Assembly: GCF_031769215.1 (NCBI RefSeq)
Contig: NW_026782452.1
Location: 62,001-126,000, forward strand
From: Ylistrum balloti
Lineage: Eukaryota
Direction of reading: 5' to 3'
DNA: 64,000 nucleotides
Part shown: positions 60,102 through 64,000 of the stretch, in pieces
Numbering within the stretch: the stretch's first letter is position 1
Layout of the letters: every line of letters starts with the position of its first letter
Notes under the pieces: generated by a model
Database searches by the model: none
What the model was told of the DNA's origin: nothing
Seen by the model: only the letters and a program-made list of their open reading frames with translations
Program-made: the position numbers and the translations under genes

Positions 60102-62908
60102 ATGGCGACAGATGCGCTCTATCTCGAAAATTTAGAGGAATATGTTAACGACGAAAACAAAATTGTAAGTTTAACATTGCATTTAATCTATGTATTTGCT
60201 TATTTCACTGATTCATTTGTTTGGTTTGGACTGTCAATTTAGGAAGCTGTAATATGTCCTAGTTGGCTTCGTCAAGGAACTTCGTAAACAAGAAGAAATA
60301 ATAGCGCAATTTACAAAAAATGGTACATTAGCTTTTCTGTAAACACTGTCATACATTGGAAAAAGAAATTAATCCATGGAATATTTTTGATTTTCAGGTG
60401 ACGTACAAATGGTTTAGTACCAACTTAAAAGTCCATGTCAATGAGGCCAAACAGTAAGATATGAGGATATGTTTGTTCAACTCTGTGAAAAGGACATGCA
60501 GACCATGTATTTTACTGCATATGTTTACTATAGTGTTAATATAATATGTTAAACATTATGAAATACCTATTAAATCACTGGATATGTTTCAGTGTAAGAG
60601 ATATCTTGATTTATCAGAGTATATCTTCCTCAGTAAGACGAATATCTAATTTCATCTGGTATCTAGCTTACTCATTCCAACTTGTACCCACCTATGTCCA
60701 CTCATACCCAGGTTTGATTAACGAGTACCCATAGAAATTGGCAGTCTCGTACCAATTTTTTGTGATCATGTATCCATTATTTTCAATATTTTTTTTAAAG
60801 ATGTTTTTATTTCTTTGCATCGGGTTGAAGTGAGTATGAGTAAACTCCTTATATCATTGATATCATTGCAAACTTATGATGGGTGTCTTTGTCTGTAGAT
60901 GTCTAACACAGAGTGAATAATATCTAGAGTTTATTCTAGAACGACACCAGTTTCACAACTGATATGCCATGTGATGAAGTTTGTATCTCAAGTCAGGGTG
61001 GAGGATGTCTTAATTGATCACTAGATACCTGTTAAGGTTTATCTCTGTTTCTGGGAGTCCATGCTACCGAAGTGTGTTTTAGTTTATCTGATATCTTCCT
61101 GAAGGTTATTACTAGATATCTACAAAAGCGTGGTGGATATTTTACTACAAACAGTTGATGAATATTTTAATAAATATAGCACTGCTGTCTTCTCTCAGTG
61201 TTAAGGATATCTTGGTTAAACACCAAATATCGAATTCTGGATATGGTGATGCCTTAGTTTATCATTGGATATCTACTCAGTGTAATTATTTCACAGGAAT
61301 CCAACACACATAAATATACTTAATTGTTTGTTTCTTCCCCTGCAGAATGCTTTATGCATTTATCCAAGACCAGAGGAACAACCATGACAACGACAATTTG
61401 TCTGTGACCTACTTTGTAGCTGGGCTGACCAAACCTTTAAATGGTCATCAGGTAATTAATACACAGTATCAAACAGGCATCCTTGATATTATCAGCGATA
61501 TACAGTGTAATGTTATCTGGGACATGCCATGTAATAATATCTAGGACATATAGTGAAATGTGAGGTGAAACGGGTTGAATTTGAAAAAAAATTCCATCTT
61601 CTCAGTACCCAGATAATTTAGAACCAAATACTTTTTATGAATGAAAGTATCTTAAGGTACTTCACCAAAATTGTTAGTTTTATGACCTCGGGGTCTCATA
61701 TTTCCCGTTAGGGAGGGGTAACATTTACTGTAGTTTATATAAAAATATTACATTTTTGAGCATAATTTGTCTAATTTCTTTTGGATATAGTTGAAAGATA
61801 GAATTTCTTTTTTATAAATACAAGCTGACAGTTTGATGACATGCATATATTGACCTCAGCTGACCCCTATGGGGCTGATAGGTGGGATAAAGAATTGGTC
61901 AAATTGAATGAAAATTCAAAGATGTTCTACTGTTCCTAGATGGCAGATTTTATATAGGAGGAGGGTAATTTCTTTTAAATCAAACTTGGTTAGAAGCCTT
62001 AGCATGAGACAGCAGCTAATGTTATGCACAATTTACATTTGCATTATGTGTACAACGTAGTTAAAATTATCTTCCTTTTTTTTTAACAAAATCATTTCAG
62101 TGACTTTTACAAAAAGCATTGTGACTCAGCTGACCATAAAGGCCCTTGTGCCTCTTGCTTTTACAAGACCTTTCTGGTGGTACCAAAATTTTTTACCATT
62201 TTTGACCCATTTCAGAATTTTACTGCAACCAGAGGCATAGTGTTACATAAACACATCTTGTTTGACTACTGTTTTCAGCAAACAAAATATTAAAAAAGTT
62301 ATAAGATAAAACAGAAAATCAATTTGCGCTCAGAAATATTTTTCTCCTGTTTGTATGAAGAAAATGTATTTTTTTTTTATAGACCCATAAATGCACAGTA
62401 GTGAAAGAGGAAGACTTGGAGGCATATCGTAGTTCTCTGGCTGTGGTAACCAGTTCTCATATATACAGTGTACAGAAAGCCAAACTAAAAGTAGGTTGAT
62501 TATGGTAAAAATGTGTATCTCAAATCTTCAGAAAGCTTTTACACAGCCATGTATCTTAATTATGTGTCCTTTTTTTAAACTACTCCACATTACTAGGTTG
62601 ATGCAATGCTTGTTTTCTGATTTCATTTCAAATATAGTAAACATTATTTGCACTAGGAAAAAAGCTGTTATAAAGTCAACCCTCAAATCGGATATTTAGT
62701 GGAAGCTCTAGTCCACATCCTGGTGTTGTATTTGACCAGTAAGTTACCAAGATGGAAGCAAAATGTTTACTTCATACCTATCCTCAGGGTCACGTGATTA
62801 AAAAAAAATCCCAAAAGCTGAAAATGAAGAATATGGTTGCTTTTCTTTCTCACAGGATCCTAGTGCCCTGTACACAGCAGAATATGATTCTATTAAGGAA
62901 TCCAGCAA
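60102..62908 (+). CDS. POLD3: DNA polymerase delta subunit 3 (p66), 5' part only; the gene continues beyond the window
   Basis: Exons 60102-60164, 60398-60453, 61346-61451, 62383-62490, 62856-62908. The translation MATDALYLENLEEYVNDENKIVTYKWFSTNLKVHVNEAKQMLYAF..SVTYFVAG..SHIYSVQKAKLKDPSALYTAEYD matches the POLD3 N-terminal domain. Confidence 0.93.
61570..62160 (+). mobile_element. 5'-truncated HINE-like element
   Basis: The 3' end GTGACTCAGCTGACCATAAAGGCCCTTGTGCCTCTTGCTTTT matches the palindromic end of the 50234 and 35753 elements. Confidence 0.6.
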
Positions 62909-64000
62909 GTAAGTGAAAGAAAACTTTTAAATTTTAAATAAAAAAAACAACTTTCTTGATTTCAAGAAATGTGAGGAAACAAGATTAATAAAATATAGGT
63001 CATCTGTATTTGTCAAAAGCATGCTAATCTTTAAGAGTATACAATATATATGTTTGTAAGTGCCACAAATTCTATTATTGGACAAACTTAGAACTTTACA
63101 AGAATGTTAATTTTCATGAATTTTGAAAAGTTCAATAATCATATATGGTTACAGATCACATGAAGTTAATTGATTATATATTTAAATTTGCTGAAGTCTG
63201 GTCAACAGATACTAATACTGGGAAGATAATGTTCTGGGATGTGAAATACACGATGAGTTGGTATTGGAAATGTTATTGTAAATCTGCATTCAGCTTGCTT
63301 GTGTCTGATGATGCAATTTCTTAAGGCTTAGAATATCTGTTATCCAGTAAACAAATATATTTGTAACAGTAATCTGATTTTTACCGATACATGAATTCAT
63401 TGTGGTCCTTTGCTGCAAATTGGTAGTTTGCTAATATTTGAATGCACTAAATTAAGTACCCTTACAGTTTTGAGTCTTCCTCAAATTGAATTAAAAAATA
63501 TTTACAAATATGTAAAGTCCCTCATTTCTATTTAATATTAGATACATATATATGGTAATTTGGTATTTTGTCTCTAGAGATAGACCATCAGTAATGATAA
63601 TATTGTGACGAAGATTTCCAACATAAAAACAAGATTTATTGTACCCTGTGTACAGTGCTTCAAACTTGAAAACTTACCAATCGATAAAATGTAGCAACTC
63701 CTATTGTGACAGAATTAATCAATTACACTTGATCTGTAACTTGGAAATATCGCTTGTACTTATGTTAAATATCACTATACTTTTTATACTAGTGATTCAC
63801 AATGACCTCGGGGAAAAACGGAAAAATTCCTTAGTTGATATCCACGTTGGTATTGCAAACATTTTTGTATAGAAATGTATTGCAATATTTAAAGGAATGT
63901 TATATTGTATTTTAGTGTAGTTATATTTGTGGAACAGATATGTACATTATAGAGCAATAGCTGATACAGTGATGTACAATAAACTACATAGAAATTATAT

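Overview
AT-rich, intron-rich animal genomic DNA. The repeat types suggest a bivalve-like mollusc, but that is an inference. Six protein-coding genes were reconstructed by hand from exon and splice signals: CUL3 (+, 20 coding exons, about 763 aa, with one GC-AG intron and one U12-type AT-AC intron), RBMX2 (+), GPR180 (-), an unnamed AT-hook/C2H2 zinc-finger gene (+), LCMT1 (-) and the 5' part of POLD3 (+). GPR180/zinc-finger and LCMT1/POLD3 are head-to-head pairs. The most striking structure is four unrelated tandem-repeat arrays (units of 60, 50, 33 and 58 bp) in three housekeeping genes. Each starts exactly across an exon's 5' splice donor and amplifies exon tail plus donor 6 to about 57 times. 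No array crosses an acceptor. Two further arrays are built from donor-like motifs, and a fragment of one donor array has been copied into a neighbouring gene's intron. The window also holds several non-autonomous Helentron/HINE-like elements. All homology calls come from recognising the translated sequence; no database search was run.
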